Source of the DNA: Candidatus Saccharicenans sp.
GTDB lineage: Bacteria > Acidobacteriota > Aminicenantia > Aminicenantales > Saccharicenantaceae
Length of the DNA: 64,000 nt
Reading direction: 5' to 3'
Assembly: GCA_030018265.1 (NCBI GenBank)
Contig: JASEFX010000002.1
Span: 45,506 to 109,505, forward strand
Shown in pieces: positions 10,148 through 19,948 of the stretch. Position numbers and translations under genes: made by a program. Positions within the stretch are counted from its first letter, which is position 1, and every line of letters starts with the position of its first letter. The notes beneath the pieces are model-generated. The model made no database searches. It was given only the letters and a program-made list of their open reading frames with translations, and was not told the origin of the DNA.

Positions 10148-11179
10148 TTAGTGGTGCTCCTTCTTACAACATCCGCCATGTTCATCGATCATCATCCAGG
10201 CCGCACGGGCACAGCCATAGAGCGCCGCTTCCTGACCCAGGGCAGATAGTTTCAACCTGACCTGGCGAGCGGCCAGCGGCTGGGCCCAGCGTTTGAACTT
10301 TTCCCTCAGCGTCTTAAAAAAAAGGTCCGGCGATTGAAACAATCCGCCCCCAAAAACGATCACTTCCGGATTTAGAGTTGAAACCAGGTTGGCCACTCCC
10401 ATCGCTAAGTAATCCTGAATTTCTTCAACCAGCTCCACCGCCTGAGGTAGGCCATTACGGGCTGCCTGACAGAGTTCAGTCACGGCTTCCGCCGGCGTGA
10501 TCGGCCTGCTTTTTTCAACGGGAAAAAACTCCGGGCAGGAAGCCATGAGCTCTGCTGCTTTCCGGGCAAAGGCTCCTCCTGAAGCTTCCCACTCAAAACA
10601 TCCACATCTGGCATATTCTGGTTTAAACTCACGGGTAAGAGCCATCCAGCCGACAGCGCCGGCCAGGTCAGATTGACCGTGGATTATCAAACCTTCCGCC
10701 ATGATGCCGGCACCTATACCGGTGCCCACTGCCAGATAAACGACATTTTTTTTGTTCCGGGCTGCGCCTTTCCAGCTTTCTCCAAGAACATAAGCTGTCC
10801 GGTCGCTGATGACTGTCAGCCGGCAGGGAATTACTTTTTTCAACCTTTTCATCAGTTGAAAATTTTTCCATCCCTTGATATTTGGTGCCCAGACAAATCC
10901 GGTTCCGGGATCAACCACACCCGGCACGCACAGACCGATGGCCACCAGGCAGGAGCGCCGTTTCTCAGCTTCAGCCAGCAGCTGATAACAGATGGAAATC
11001 ACCTGCTCCAGGACCTCCTTCCCTCCACTGCCGGCTATCTGAACCCGGCTGGCAAAAAGTCTCTGACCGCTCCGGCTGAAAAGGGCTGATGCAATTTTTG
11101 TTCCCCCGATGTCCACGGCTCCGACGAGCGTTCTCAACTCTGAATTCTGCCATTTCTTCTGTTTTTTCTTTTGTTTCAT
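10148..11179 (-). CDS. ROK-family sugar kinase (glucokinase/GlcNAc kinase type; no N-terminal HTH)
   Basis: 343 aa with the VDIGGTKIA ATP-binding motif, GTGIGAG and a Cys-containing ROK region (ARCGCFEWEASGG). Confidence 0.8.
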   Translation of the reverse strand: MKQKKKQKKWQNSELRTLVGAVDIGGTKIASALFSRSGQRLFASRVQIAGSGGKEVLEQVISICYQLLAEAEKRRSCLVAIGLCVPGVVDPGTGFVWAPNIKGWKNFQLMKRLKKVIPCRLTVISDRTAYVLGESWKGAARNKKNVVYLAVGTGIGAGIMAEGLIIHGQSDLAGAVGWMALTREFKPEYARCGCFEWEASGGAFARKAAELMASCPEFFPVEKSRPITPAEAVTELCQAARNGLPQAVELVEEIQDYLAMGVANLVSTLNPEVIVFGGGLFQSPDLFFKTLREKFKRWAQPLAARQVRLKLSALGQEAALYGCARAAWMMIDEHGGCCKKEHH

Positions 11180-11311
11180 ATTGTTACCTAATGTTTCATA
11201 TTTTCCTGATTTTGAACCCGCACAGCTATTTTTTCAATAAAAAGAATTTCGGGGATTGAATTAAACTTTGAACTAAAAACTCTTTTCCTCATATGGCTTG
11301 CCATCAGGATC

Positions 11312-13663
11312 TCATTTAATTTTTCTGAGGAGAAAAACTCTTACCCCCTGAGGTTCCAATTTCAGCGAGAAATTCAACTTTCCTTTTTCCAGGCTGAGGG
11401 GAACCTTTTCACCTGTTTCCAGATTTCGGAAGTCGATGGCAGTCCAGAGAGATTCCACCCTGAAATTCAGACTGCAATCTTCTTCTCCGCGGTTAAACAC
11501 AAAAAGCAGACGATAATCCTGGCCGTTCAGCCAGCGCCATTCTATCAGTGAGTTTTCAGGCTCTGTGAAAACTTCAGCATCAGGTTTTATCCCGAGCCAC
11601 TCAGCCAGTCCAGCCAGAAATTTCCCGTTATTCGGATTTCTGAAATGATGATAAGCTGAACCCGGAAAAGAACCGGCAATAAGAGCCTGACCACGCCCGT
11701 GAGGAGCCAGCACCAGCATCGGCTTCCCTTCGGGACTTTCAGCCAGAACAACTGCTTTTTTATCCGTCAGCTCAAAGGTTTCTTCAAAAAACACCGTGTC
11801 CAGGACATCTCCGGGCGACAGCCAGGGCAGAGCTGGATGTTTCTGGCTTATAACCATCTTCCCGGTTTTCTGAACGGGCAGTAACCCGGCTTCCCGGCAG
11901 CCAAGAACTTTATCGAGACCCCCTCCTGGAATTACCGAAAAGGCTAACCCTTTTTCGTCGATCCAGCCGGCTCTGGCTTCCAGAAGCAACGTGCCTCCCT
12001 GTTCCACATACCTGATCAAATCCTGAACGTACGGCCGGGAAATCATGACCGGATAAGGTACGATGATTAAACGGTAGCGAGAGGCTCTTTCTTTCAGGTC
12101 TCTTACATGAAGAAAATCGACTTTCAGGCCCCGCTCGAAAAACGCCCGGTGAACCCCCTGAAGCGATTCGCTCAGATTGTTGTAGCCGACCGGCTGTCCC
12201 TCGGAAGTGAATGTTTGTTGACCGCCGACCATGTGGGAAAGCGGATTGTAGACCACAGCAATTTCGGACTCAGGCGGCCTGGCTTTGAGGAACAGACTCA
12301 TATTACGATCGATCGTTCGGGCAATCCGGCCGGATTCCTCAGCTCGCGGAGTAATTTTGCCATCAAGCTCGACCAGCCCGTAGCCACCGGCTTCGTAACC
12401 CGAACTCATCGGATAGTAGGCGTATATATTCACCGCTCTGGCTCCGTAAGCCATCATGCTCCAGATCCAGTCTCGAAGATCCTGTTCGGTCACCGGCACA
12501 CTGACCTTCATTCCAAAAACCCCGTAGCCGGCCTGAAGTTCGCCCACATAAAAACCGCCGTTCATCCAGCTCATCGAGCGGACAAAATCCAGCCCGGCTG
12601 CCCGGAAAAAAGGCGGCCAGGGTCTGACCGCCCCCGCATGTTTCGGATAGATGGACACCCCGTAATAATCGACGCTGTCGTTCATCTTGCGGTCGTCCGG
12701 CGTCCCGTCCCAGGATGGACGGCTGAATAGACCTGGAATGGCCGAATGGCTGGTCACCACCGATTCGGGAAAAACTTCCTTTATCGCTCTGGCTTTGAGC
12801 GCCAGGTCTTCGGCCAGCTTATCCGAGATGTACTCCTGCCAGTCCACATAGTCGGTATAGGTCAGAATCGTTCCGAAGCGGGGAGGCTCAACTTCCTGAA
12901 AATCCCGGTAGGTGCGGTGCCAGGCTTCGTTGAGATTATCTATTGACTGATACTTTTTCTTCAGCCAGTCTCGAAAACGGGCCTGACTCGAAGGACAGTA
13001 GCAGAACATGAGATACCTGAGGTCGCCAAGGTGATAAACCTCCGACCAGTTGATGATGTGCGGCTCACTCCACAGGTCCCATCCGTAGAAAGCTGGTTTC
13101 CCCTTAACCGCCCGGGCAGCTTCTCTAAAAAAGTTCAGCACTTTTTCCCGGACGCCAGGATGGTCGAAACAGAAACCTGGAGAAGACTGAGAATGAATCC
13201 TGAGCTCGTTGGAAGCGACAAAAGCCGAATCCGGATATTTCTTCCCGACCCACTCCGGCGCGGAGTCGATGTAGACCTGACAGATAACTTTCAGCCCGAC
13301 TTCAGCCGCCAGTTCGGTCAGAAGCTGCAGACTGGAAAAATCGTACTTTCCCTCCTCCTTCTCGTTGTAGGCCCACTCAACCCAGCAACGCACAGTGTTA
13401 AAGCCGAGTTTTTTGATCTGCTCCAGGTCTTTCTTCCATTCTGAGCGGGAAGAAGCGGTCACCGCTTCTATCATCGGCGCTCTGACCTTGCCGCCGGTGT
13501 ACCAGACAGACACCGGGAAAAAATTTTCGGGTATGGACATTCTGCTGAACTTTTCTTGACCCGATCCGCCAGAACCGGACCTGACCTGAAGCATCAGCGC
13601 AAAGTAAATCAAAAGCAGGAGAAGGAGAATTCTTTTAAACCCGGGTTTAACTTTCATACCCAC
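11312..13663 (-). CDS. GH42-family beta-galactosidase-like glycoside hydrolase (exported)
   Basis: 783 aa with a signal peptide (ILLLLLLIYFALMLQV). It has a TIM-barrel region (GFNTVRCWVEWAYNEKEEGKYDF) and a GH42 trimerisation-domain-like segment (LIIVPYPVMISRPYVQDLIRYVEQGGTLLLEARAG). The ATG at 13657 is an alternative to the GTG at 13663. Confidence 0.7.
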   Translation of the reverse strand: MGMKVKPGFKRILLLLLLIYFALMLQVRSGSGGSGQEKFSRMSIPENFFPVSVWYTGGKVRAPMIEAVTASSRSEWKKDLEQIKKLGFNTVRCWVEWAYNEKEEGKYDFSSLQLLTELAAEVGLKVICQVYIDSAPEWVGKKYPDSAFVASNELRIHSQSSPGFCFDHPGVREKVLNFFREAARAVKGKPAFYGWDLWSEPHIINWSEVYHLGDLRYLMFCYCPSSQARFRDWLKKKYQSIDNLNEAWHRTYRDFQEVEPPRFGTILTYTDYVDWQEYISDKLAEDLALKARAIKEVFPESVVTSHSAIPGLFSRPSWDGTPDDRKMNDSVDYYGVSIYPKHAGAVRPWPPFFRAAGLDFVRSMSWMNGGFYVGELQAGYGVFGMKVSVPVTEQDLRDWIWSMMAYGARAVNIYAYYPMSSGYEAGGYGLVELDGKITPRAEESGRIARTIDRNMSLFLKARPPESEIAVVYNPLSHMVGGQQTFTSEGQPVGYNNLSESLQGVHRAFFERGLKVDFLHVRDLKERASRYRLIIVPYPVMISRPYVQDLIRYVEQGGTLLLEARAGWIDEKGLAFSVIPGGGLDKVLGCREAGLLPVQKTGKMVISQKHPALPWLSPGDVLDTVFFEETFELTDKKAVVLAESPEGKPMLVLAPHGRGQALIAGSFPGSAYHHFRNPNNGKFLAGLAEWLGIKPDAEVFTEPENSLIEWRWLNGQDYRLLFVFNRGEEDCSLNFRVESLWTAIDFRNLETGEKVPLSLEKGKLNFSLKLEPQGVRVFLLRKIK

Positions 13664-13701
13664 CTCTCTTTTTAAATTCGTCTTTTTTTGTTATGTGAAA
13701 A

Positions 13702-13730
13702 ATTATAGACAATTCAGAAATTTTTTTCAC
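13702..13730 (-). promoter_or_regulatory. candidate sigma70 promoter for the GH42 gene
   Basis: On the minus strand it reads GTGAAA-N17-TATAAT, with a perfect -10 hexamer at 13707..13702, about 40 nt upstream of the GH42 start. Coordinates were hand-derived (+/-1). Confidence 0.4.
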
Positions 13731-14015
13731 CATTTTTGAATTCCGTGCGAGTCTCTTTTTGCTTATTGAGAACCAATCCATCATTCCGCGGAAAATAAAT
13801 TCCTACCGCTAACCTGCCGACGAAACTTAATGAAAGGTTGATGATTCCCTGCCCTTATACTTCGAACTGCTCTTGCGTACCGAAGCGCAACGCAACAAAG
13901 CGACACCAATATATACCGGATTAAAGCTTATGGTTGAAAGAGTTACCTGGAGAAATATTTCAGAACGGGTTCTGGATGAAAAAGCAAATCTTCTGAAATC
14001 CGTCGTCTGAAAAGA

Positions 14016-15182
14016 TTATTTAACAGCCTGACCGCGGAAGGTTCTGGCAACTGTCTGCAGAAGTTCCGGACGCCCCCGGTGATAATCGGCGGTTATTTCC
14101 CAGATGATGACGCCGGCCGCGCCTTTCTCCAGCACATAGCGACATTTCCGGAAAACCGAGCGAATGTCGTCAAAAGAAATCAGCACATCCCGGCCGGGAC
14201 TCAGAAGAAAAGGAACCTGGCTGCAAAAATCCCAGTTGTATTTCCAGCCGGAAGCCAGCAGTTTCTGAATGTCTGAATAATTGTAAGACCGGCTTTCGGT
14301 AAAACGAGTGTATAGTTTTCCGGTGTTGAAAGATCGGCCAAAGAAAGCAATTCCCAGAAGAAGTTTCTCAAGAGGAATCTCTCTTATGATGGCATAGGTG
14401 AAACTGTCATCGAAAGAACCGCAGGGATCGTTCTGACAGGTGTAAAGGGGCGAGTTGTGACCGGAATGGTCACTCCAGGGGCCATGATAATCATAGGTCA
14501 TAAACGAAATGTAATCAAAAAAAGGATGAAGTTCTTCAAAATTTATCCACTTTCCCCAGTAAGGACCCGAAGGAGCGGCCACAGTCAGAAGGCGCGGCGG
14601 GTCCATCGCTTTGAGAGCGGTTGAAAGCTCCCGAACGAGGGCTGAAAAATTCCGACTTTCCTCTTCGCTGGAGACAAACTCCCAGTCGAGGTCCACCCCG
14701 TCATAACCATGGGTATTACAGAAATCTACCAGCTGCGATATGAAGCGGCTTCGCTTCTCCGGAGAGGCGGCCATCGCAGGAAAACCGCTGCAATTTCCCC
14801 AGCCGCCGAGACTCAAAAGAACTTTAACGGAATACCGGTGAGCCGCCCAAATGAGTTCGGGATAAATAAAATCGCTGTAAAAAGCCAGATGGCCCTCGCT
14901 GTCCGGCCAGGCGAAGGCATGCGCTAAATGGGTCAGGCTGGAAAAATCGATCAGGGTGTGATTGAATTCGGATTTTTTCCATCCCGGGTAATAGCCGATG
15001 ATCACCCTGGAAATCGGCGAACTTTTAACGGCAGTTTTTTCCTTCCGGACAAATTCCCGTCCGAGCTGCTGGCTGCTGGCCCGGACCAGAAAAACTGTCA
15101 GCAGCAGAATAAGACATACAGGGAGAAAAAGAAAAGAAAACTGATTTTTAATCCTGATGACGATTCTGTCTGACTTCGTCAT
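14016..15182 (-). CDS. GH18 chitinase/endo-beta-N-acetylglucosaminidase-like hydrolase (exported)
   Basis: 388 aa with an N-terminal TM/signal segment and the GH18 catalytic signature YDGVDLDWEF (DxxDxDxE). Confidence 0.85.
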   Translation of the reverse strand: MTKSDRIVIRIKNQFSFLFLPVCLILLLTVFLVRASSQQLGREFVRKEKTAVKSSPISRVIIGYYPGWKKSEFNHTLIDFSSLTHLAHAFAWPDSEGHLAFYSDFIYPELIWAAHRYSVKVLLSLGGWGNCSGFPAMAASPEKRSRFISQLVDFCNTHGYDGVDLDWEFVSSEEESRNFSALVRELSTALKAMDPPRLLTVAAPSGPYWGKWINFEELHPFFDYISFMTYDYHGPWSDHSGHNSPLYTCQNDPCGSFDDSFTYAIIREIPLEKLLLGIAFFGRSFNTGKLYTRFTESRSYNYSDIQKLLASGWKYNWDFCSQVPFLLSPGRDVLISFDDIRSVFRKCRYVLEKGAAGVIIWEITADYHRGRPELLQTVARTFRGQAVK

Positions 15183-15345
15183 GCCGGTAACCTCTACTGG
15201 GATTCAGTCGTCTCAGCTTCCGGGAGTTTCTCCCATTTCTTTACTTTTATTTTTTTCACTGTATTTTTACAGAAGCTTCTCCAGCCAGATTTCCTTGCCT
15301 CGAACAGAAGGCCGGGCTGAAGATTTAGCTCCGGCTCGAAATAAA

Positions 15346-16572
15346 TCAGGCCAGCAGGATTTTCAATTCATCCAGGCGACGGGCAATGTTCACCCCGCGG
15401 ACGCATTTTGCCTGACACTGCTGGCAATCGGCGCAGAGCTGGAGGCTTCTTTCCGGCTCGAGCCCGTCAAGAGCCTCACGCGCCTGGTAGAAATTGCCGT
15501 AGCTGGCGGCGTACATATGAGCCCTGAGCACAACCGGTATGTCCACTCCTTTCGGACAGCTTTGCAGGCACTGTCCGCAAGCCCGGCAGACAGCAGCCAT
15601 CTGCCGCTTTACCAGCCGGTCTTCCAGAAATTTCTTCTCCTCCTCCTTGTATTCCAGATTACTGGCTACCGGAATATCAGTATTCAGCTGCTCAAAAGTG
15701 GTAAATCCAGGAACGGCCGTGGCCATAAACTCATGACGGAGAACCCATTTGAGCAGGGCGCTGTGAATGATCGGTCCTTCATAAAAACGCCTCATTTCGG
15801 GAGGAACTGATTCCCGGTACCAGGCCTGCTGGCACTGGGTTTTCATGGCCACCAGCCCTATGCCCTGAGCCGCTGCCTGTTTAAGAGTCTCAAGATACTC
15901 AGCATAGTCATAGAGTGAATAATTGAGCGTGGTCAGGATGACATCGTAAACCTTAACTTCCATAGCCGCCCTGATTACTTCATTCATATTCTGATGGGTG
16001 CTGAAACCTATAAACCTGACCTTCTTCTGTTCTTTAAGGGCAAGCAGCGATTCTATCAGGGCCGGATTCTTCACCCAGTCAGGGTCAGAGACATCGTGGG
16101 AATATAAGATATCGACGTAATCTGTCTGCAGGCGGCGAAGACTTTCCTCCAGCATCCGGCGGTGTATTTCCTTCATTTCCTCAACCGGAAGGCTGCGCTG
16201 CTGGGGACGCAGCAGAATTTTGGTGGCGATCACCACCCTGTCCCTGACCTTTAGCTCTTCCACCAGCACCCGACCGACCATTTCTTCGTTGCGGCCGCGT
16301 TGATAGACGTAAGCGGTATCAAAATGCCTGATGCCAAGCTCGTAAGCTCGCCGCACGAGTTCAGGGTTGTCGGCGTTCATCACGCCCATCGAAACTATCG
16401 GAACCCGAACTCCGGTGCGGCCAAGAGTTCTGGTTATAAGTTCGGCTGGTTTATTCTGCTTTTCTGCTCCTTCGCGGGAGAACGAAGACCGCCGGAAAGC
16501 TAAAATGCCAGCGACGGTTCCGCCTGCTGTTTCCAGGAACTTTCTTCTGTTCAGAATATTTCTGGCCATCAA
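15346..16572 (-). CDS. Tat-signal aldo/keto reductase fused to a 2x[4Fe-4S] ferredoxin-type domain
   Basis: 408 aa. It has a twin-arginine motif (NRRKFLETAGG), an AKR core (GIRHFDTAYVYQ) and a C-terminal CRACGQCLQSCP plus CADCQQCQAKC pair. Confidence 0.75.
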   Translation of the reverse strand: MMARNILNRRKFLETAGGTVAGILAFRRSSFSREGAEKQNKPAELITRTLGRTGVRVPIVSMGVMNADNPELVRRAYELGIRHFDTAYVYQRGRNEEMVGRVLVEELKVRDRVVIATKILLRPQQRSLPVEEMKEIHRRMLEESLRRLQTDYVDILYSHDVSDPDWVKNPALIESLLALKEQKKVRFIGFSTHQNMNEVIRAAMEVKVYDVILTTLNYSLYDYAEYLETLKQAAAQGIGLVAMKTQCQQAWYRESVPPEMRRFYEGPIIHSALLKWVLRHEFMATAVPGFTTFEQLNTDIPVASNLEYKEEEKKFLEDRLVKRQMAAVCRACGQCLQSCPKGVDIPVVLRAHMYAASYGNFYQAREALDGLEPERSLQLCADCQQCQAKCVRGVNIARRLDELKILLA

Positions 16573-16667
16573 AACCTCTTCCTGACCGGGTTTCTGTTAT
16601 ATGCTTTTACATTATAATGCCGCATCGGTCAAGTAAATTATTCCAGCAAATTTTTCTGCGTGGGCAT

Positions 16668-17600
16668 TTAAAGTCCCAGCCGGTAGAAAAGCTGAAGAAA
16701 TAAGGGCAAGCTTACGATGGAGGTAATCGCGCTGGCCACGAATAGCTGATTGACGAATGCTCGATTCCCACCTGCCCTTCCGACCATAACCGGGACGACG
16801 GTCAGTGGGGGCACGGCTAACTGCAAAATCATAATCAGAGATAACGGCTGGCTTATTCCTGAAAACTTTATCATCAGCAGACCGATAGCTGGAAAAAGGA
16901 AATTTTTAATCAAAACGAATTTTATTATCCGGGCAGGGAAAAAACGTCCGGACTGAGTCAGATCAAGGTAGATGTTGCCACCTAAAATCAAAAAAATTAG
17001 CGGAGTGGAAAGAGAACCGATGGCCAGAAAAGTGCTTTTCAAAAAACCTGGCAGATAGACATCAAGCGCGGTTAACTTGAGTACAATTGCCAGGAGCGTA
17101 GCCAGAAAAACCGGAGAGGCAACTCGTCGCCAGCTGGCTTTCTGTTTCGCCCGTAGAACAGCCGGAATCACCAGGAAAAAAAAGCTCGGATAAAACATCA
17201 TGAAAATTAACAGCATGGCCACTTCTCTTGAATCGGAGCCGAAGAGGCCAGTCATCAGCGCCAGCGGAAAAAATATTCCATTCTGAAAAAACAGAGAAAG
17301 AAAGAATTCTTTATTTTCCCTGGCGGCATAGGTAAAAGTCAGAGAAAGCAAAAATAGGCAGACTGTCAGCGCCAGCCACCAGATAGGATAAAGGTACCAG
17401 CGTCCAAGGGCAGCCGGGTCAAAATTTTTTATGATGATGCTGAAGACAAAAAAGGGAAGGGCCAGGTCTATGCCCAGAGTAGAAAGAAATTTTAGAACGC
17501 TTTCCTTATCCTGGATTTTACCTCGAAAGATCAGAAAACCGACGACCGCTATCCCCAGCTGAGCCGCCACCACTTCAAACGCTCTGCCAAAGATATCCAT
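16668..17600 (-). CDS. AEC (auxin efflux carrier) family permease
   Basis: 310-aa polytopic membrane protein with the size and hydrophobic pattern typical of AEC transporters. Confidence 0.6.
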   Translation of the reverse strand: MDIFGRAFEVVAAQLGIAVVGFLIFRGKIQDKESVLKFLSTLGIDLALPFFVFSIIIKNFDPAALGRWYLYPIWWLALTVCLFLLSLTFTYAARENKEFFLSLFFQNGIFFPLALMTGLFGSDSREVAMLLIFMMFYPSFFFLVIPAVLRAKQKASWRRVASPVFLATLLAIVLKLTALDVYLPGFLKSTFLAIGSLSTPLIFLILGGNIYLDLTQSGRFFPARIIKFVLIKNFLFPAIGLLMIKFSGISQPLSLIMILQLAVPPLTVVPVMVGRAGGNRAFVNQLFVASAITSIVSLPLFLQLFYRLGL

Positions 17601-17783
17601 AAAAGCTCCCTCTTTCAGATTCCCGACTTATATAAACTAACCGATAACCCGAATTCTGGCAATCGCTTTCTCTAAACCCGGCAACAGAACCGAGGAGACC
17701 ATCCAGCCCTTCGCTGGCTTGAGGTTGCCGAATGGTCAGAAAGATATTAGAATTAAATAAAAAATTTCAAGAGAAGGTTCAGG

Positions 17784-18521
17784 ATGATCATGATTCTCAA
17801 GAAAAAATATTTTCATGAGAAATTTCCGGCTGGATTTCTGGCTTTTTGCCTTGTCCTCTTATTGTTTTCTCCGCAGTTCGCAGGTCAGCAGAAAAGCGCC
17901 CGGCGGCCGGGAGAAGAAAGAGTCACCCGGGCCATAGAGGTTTTAAAAGACCTGACCAGCCTTAAAGAAGAGGGCATCCCGTTGAAGTTGCTGGAAAAAG
18001 CCGAAGGTCTGGCGATTTTTCCGGGCGTGGTCAAGGCTGCCTGGGGCATCGGCGGCCAGTATGGAAGGGGCATTGTCATGGTTAAAAGGCCTGACGGCCA
18101 GTGGAGCAACCCGCTTTTCATCGACCTGATCGGCGGAAGCCTCGGCTGGCAGATCGGAGTTCAGAAAGCTGACCTGGTGCTGGTGTTCAAAAATAGAAAG
18201 GGAGTGGAAAACATCGCCTCGAACAAAATTACTCTCGGAGCCGACATGAGCGTGGCGGCCGGTCCCGTCGGCCGGAGCGCTGAAGCCAGCACCGACCTGG
18301 AGATGGAAGCGGAAATTTATTCCTACTCCAGGAGCAAAGGTCTTTTTGCAGGAATTTCCATCAAAGGGGGCACGCTGCGCGTTAACAGAGAAGCAAACAA
18401 CGCTTTCTACGGCTCCAGCCTGGAAGCCTCAAAAATTCTCTATGAGAACATCAAGACTCCGGTCATCGTAATACGCCTGCACCAGACTATAGAAGAACTT
18501 ACAGGAAAAACTAAAAAGTAA
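17784..18521 (+). CDS. exported SYLF (Ysc84/DUF500) lipid-binding domain protein
   Basis: 245 aa with a signal peptide. It shows the AIFPGVVKAAWGIGGQYGRGIVMV...GQWSNPLF...GGSLGWQIGVQKADLVLVF pattern characteristic of SYLF domains. Confidence 0.75.
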   Translation: MIMILKKKYFHEKFPAGFLAFCLVLLLFSPQFAGQQKSARRPGEERVTRAIEVLKDLTSLKEEGIPLKLLEKAEGLAIFPGVVKAAWGIGGQYGRGIVMVKRPDGQWSNPLFIDLIGGSLGWQIGVQKADLVLVFKNRKGVENIASNKITLGADMSVAAGPVGRSAEASTDLEMEAEIYSYSRSKGLFAGISIKGGTLRVNREANNAFYGSSLEASKILYENIKTPVIVIRLHQTIEELTGKTKK

Positions 18522-18714
18522 CTAAAATCGACTCTTCTCACGAGCTCCGGAGGAAACTTCTTTCAGACCGGCAGACAGGAAGACATTAAATCAATTCCGG
18601 AGAGAAATACATCGTCGGGCGAAAAATCTATAAGTTGAACTCTATTTTTGAAAAAAAATTTCTCCGCTTATCAAGACCGGTGTCGGGCTATGGGCGGGGA
18701 TGTTCGAGAAATTA

Positions 18715-19560
18715 CTAAAATTTTAGCAGGCTGATTGAACCGTTGGTCGTCCTCAGTTCAATTCTGGGACCCTGCCCGCTGCCCATTTTCCCTTCCACCC
18801 TCCTCCGGCTCAGCTGACCTTCGACCGTGACCGGATATTCCACTCTGATGCTGCCGTTGGTGGTCACCGCGCTGAAATAGCCGTCGGGTTGAGCCTTAAC
18901 CCTGACCATAATGCTTCCGTTGGTGGTACGAGCATCAAGGTCAGAAGAAATCTCATCCAGTTCCAGCCTTATACTGCCGTTAGTCGTTCTGAGACTGCAT
19001 TTTCCCCTGACCTGTCTTAACTCAATACTCCCGTTGGTGGTGCTGGCTTCCAGCCAGTCAGCCCGGATGTTGCCCGAGATACTGCCGTTGGTCGTGCGCA
19101 AACTGGCTCGGTCAAACCTGCCGTTTACCGCCAGGCGGCCGTTAACTGTTCTTACCAGCTCGAGCGCCATGTTTTCCGGAACGGTTATTTCGTAATCAAC
19201 CTTCACCTGAAGGTTTCTTTTCTCATGGATGGTCTCCACCAGCACCGACTTTTCGCCGCTGACCACTTCGATTCTAATTTTGTTCAGATCTTCCTTCCTC
19301 CAGCGAGCGTATCTTGTGGCTTTAATGCTCACCTCCATAACCGGCGAGCTGACGATGGTTACTGATCCGTTGATGTTCGAGAGAGAAAAAGAACCTGGTT
19401 CTTTAACCTGTATGGTCTGACTGAAAGCTTCCTCATATCTGTAGGTGGCATCGACGAAGTCGACGCAGGCGCTGCCCGAAGCCCACGCCAGGAAAATGGT
19501 CATAATTATTCGCAAAAAACTGAACCTGGCAGAAAATTCAGGTAGCCATCTGTATTTCAT
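18715..19560 (-). CDS. DUF4097-type putative adhesin / beta-helical repeat protein (exported)
   Basis: 281 aa with a signal peptide and six exact TTNGSI motifs plus degenerate NINGSV/TVNGRL copies at about 22-25 aa spacing. Confidence 0.7.
   Translation of the reverse strand: MKYRWLPEFSARFSFLRIIMTIFLAWASGSACVDFVDATYRYEEAFSQTIQVKEPGSFSLSNINGSVTIVSSPVMEVSIKATRYARWRKEDLNKIRIEVVSGEKSVLVETIHEKRNLQVKVDYEITVPENMALELVRTVNGRLAVNGRFDRASLRTTNGSISGNIRADWLEASTTNGSIELRQVRGKCSLRTTNGSIRLELDEISSDLDARTTNGSIMVRVKAQPDGYFSAVTTNGSIRVEYPVTVEGQLSRRRVEGKMGSGQGPRIELRTTNGSISLLKF
18727..19383 (-). repeat. intragenic tandem repeat encoding (T)TNGSI beta-strand units
   Basis: On the plus strand the motif recurs as ATRCTKCCGTTGGTSGT-like 15-20 mers, for example near 18850, 18912, 18973, 19027 and 19081. 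Confidence 0.6.
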
Positions 19561-19948
19561 CCTGCCTCCTTCGCCAGAAGAATTTAATTTTTTTAAGCTA
19601 TAAAAAGCTTACATCTTAAAAGACGAAATTTCTCCGGTTCCGGTTCCCTTTCGATTAATATATCTGAAAATAATTCTCCTGCCTGTTTCCCGGAACCTCA
19701 AGCTGTTCCTGAACGTATAGAATTAAGGAGTCTTAAAATCAGGCCAGAGTCCGCCACCAGAACTCTGAAACGTCCAGAGAGAGACTTAAAAACGAACCAA
19801 AATTAATTAAAGAAAAAATTAAGGAAATGGAAGAGAAGGCAGCGTGGAGAGCTTTAACGAAAAATTATCGTTTTGCCAGCATATAAGTTGATTTAACAGA
19901 AAGGATTCAATATTTTATGGAAGATAACAATCAACCAAGGAGGACTTA

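Noticed and set aside
13915-13929. An exact 15-nt direct repeat, ACCGGATTAAAGCTT, occurs at 13915-13929 and again at 39845-39859, immediately after the stop of giant ORF2.
   Set aside because: For a 64-kb window, about 2x10^9 position pairs times 4^-15 gives roughly one to two exact 15-mers by chance. The flanking bases differ on both sides, and no element-like structure surrounds either copy.
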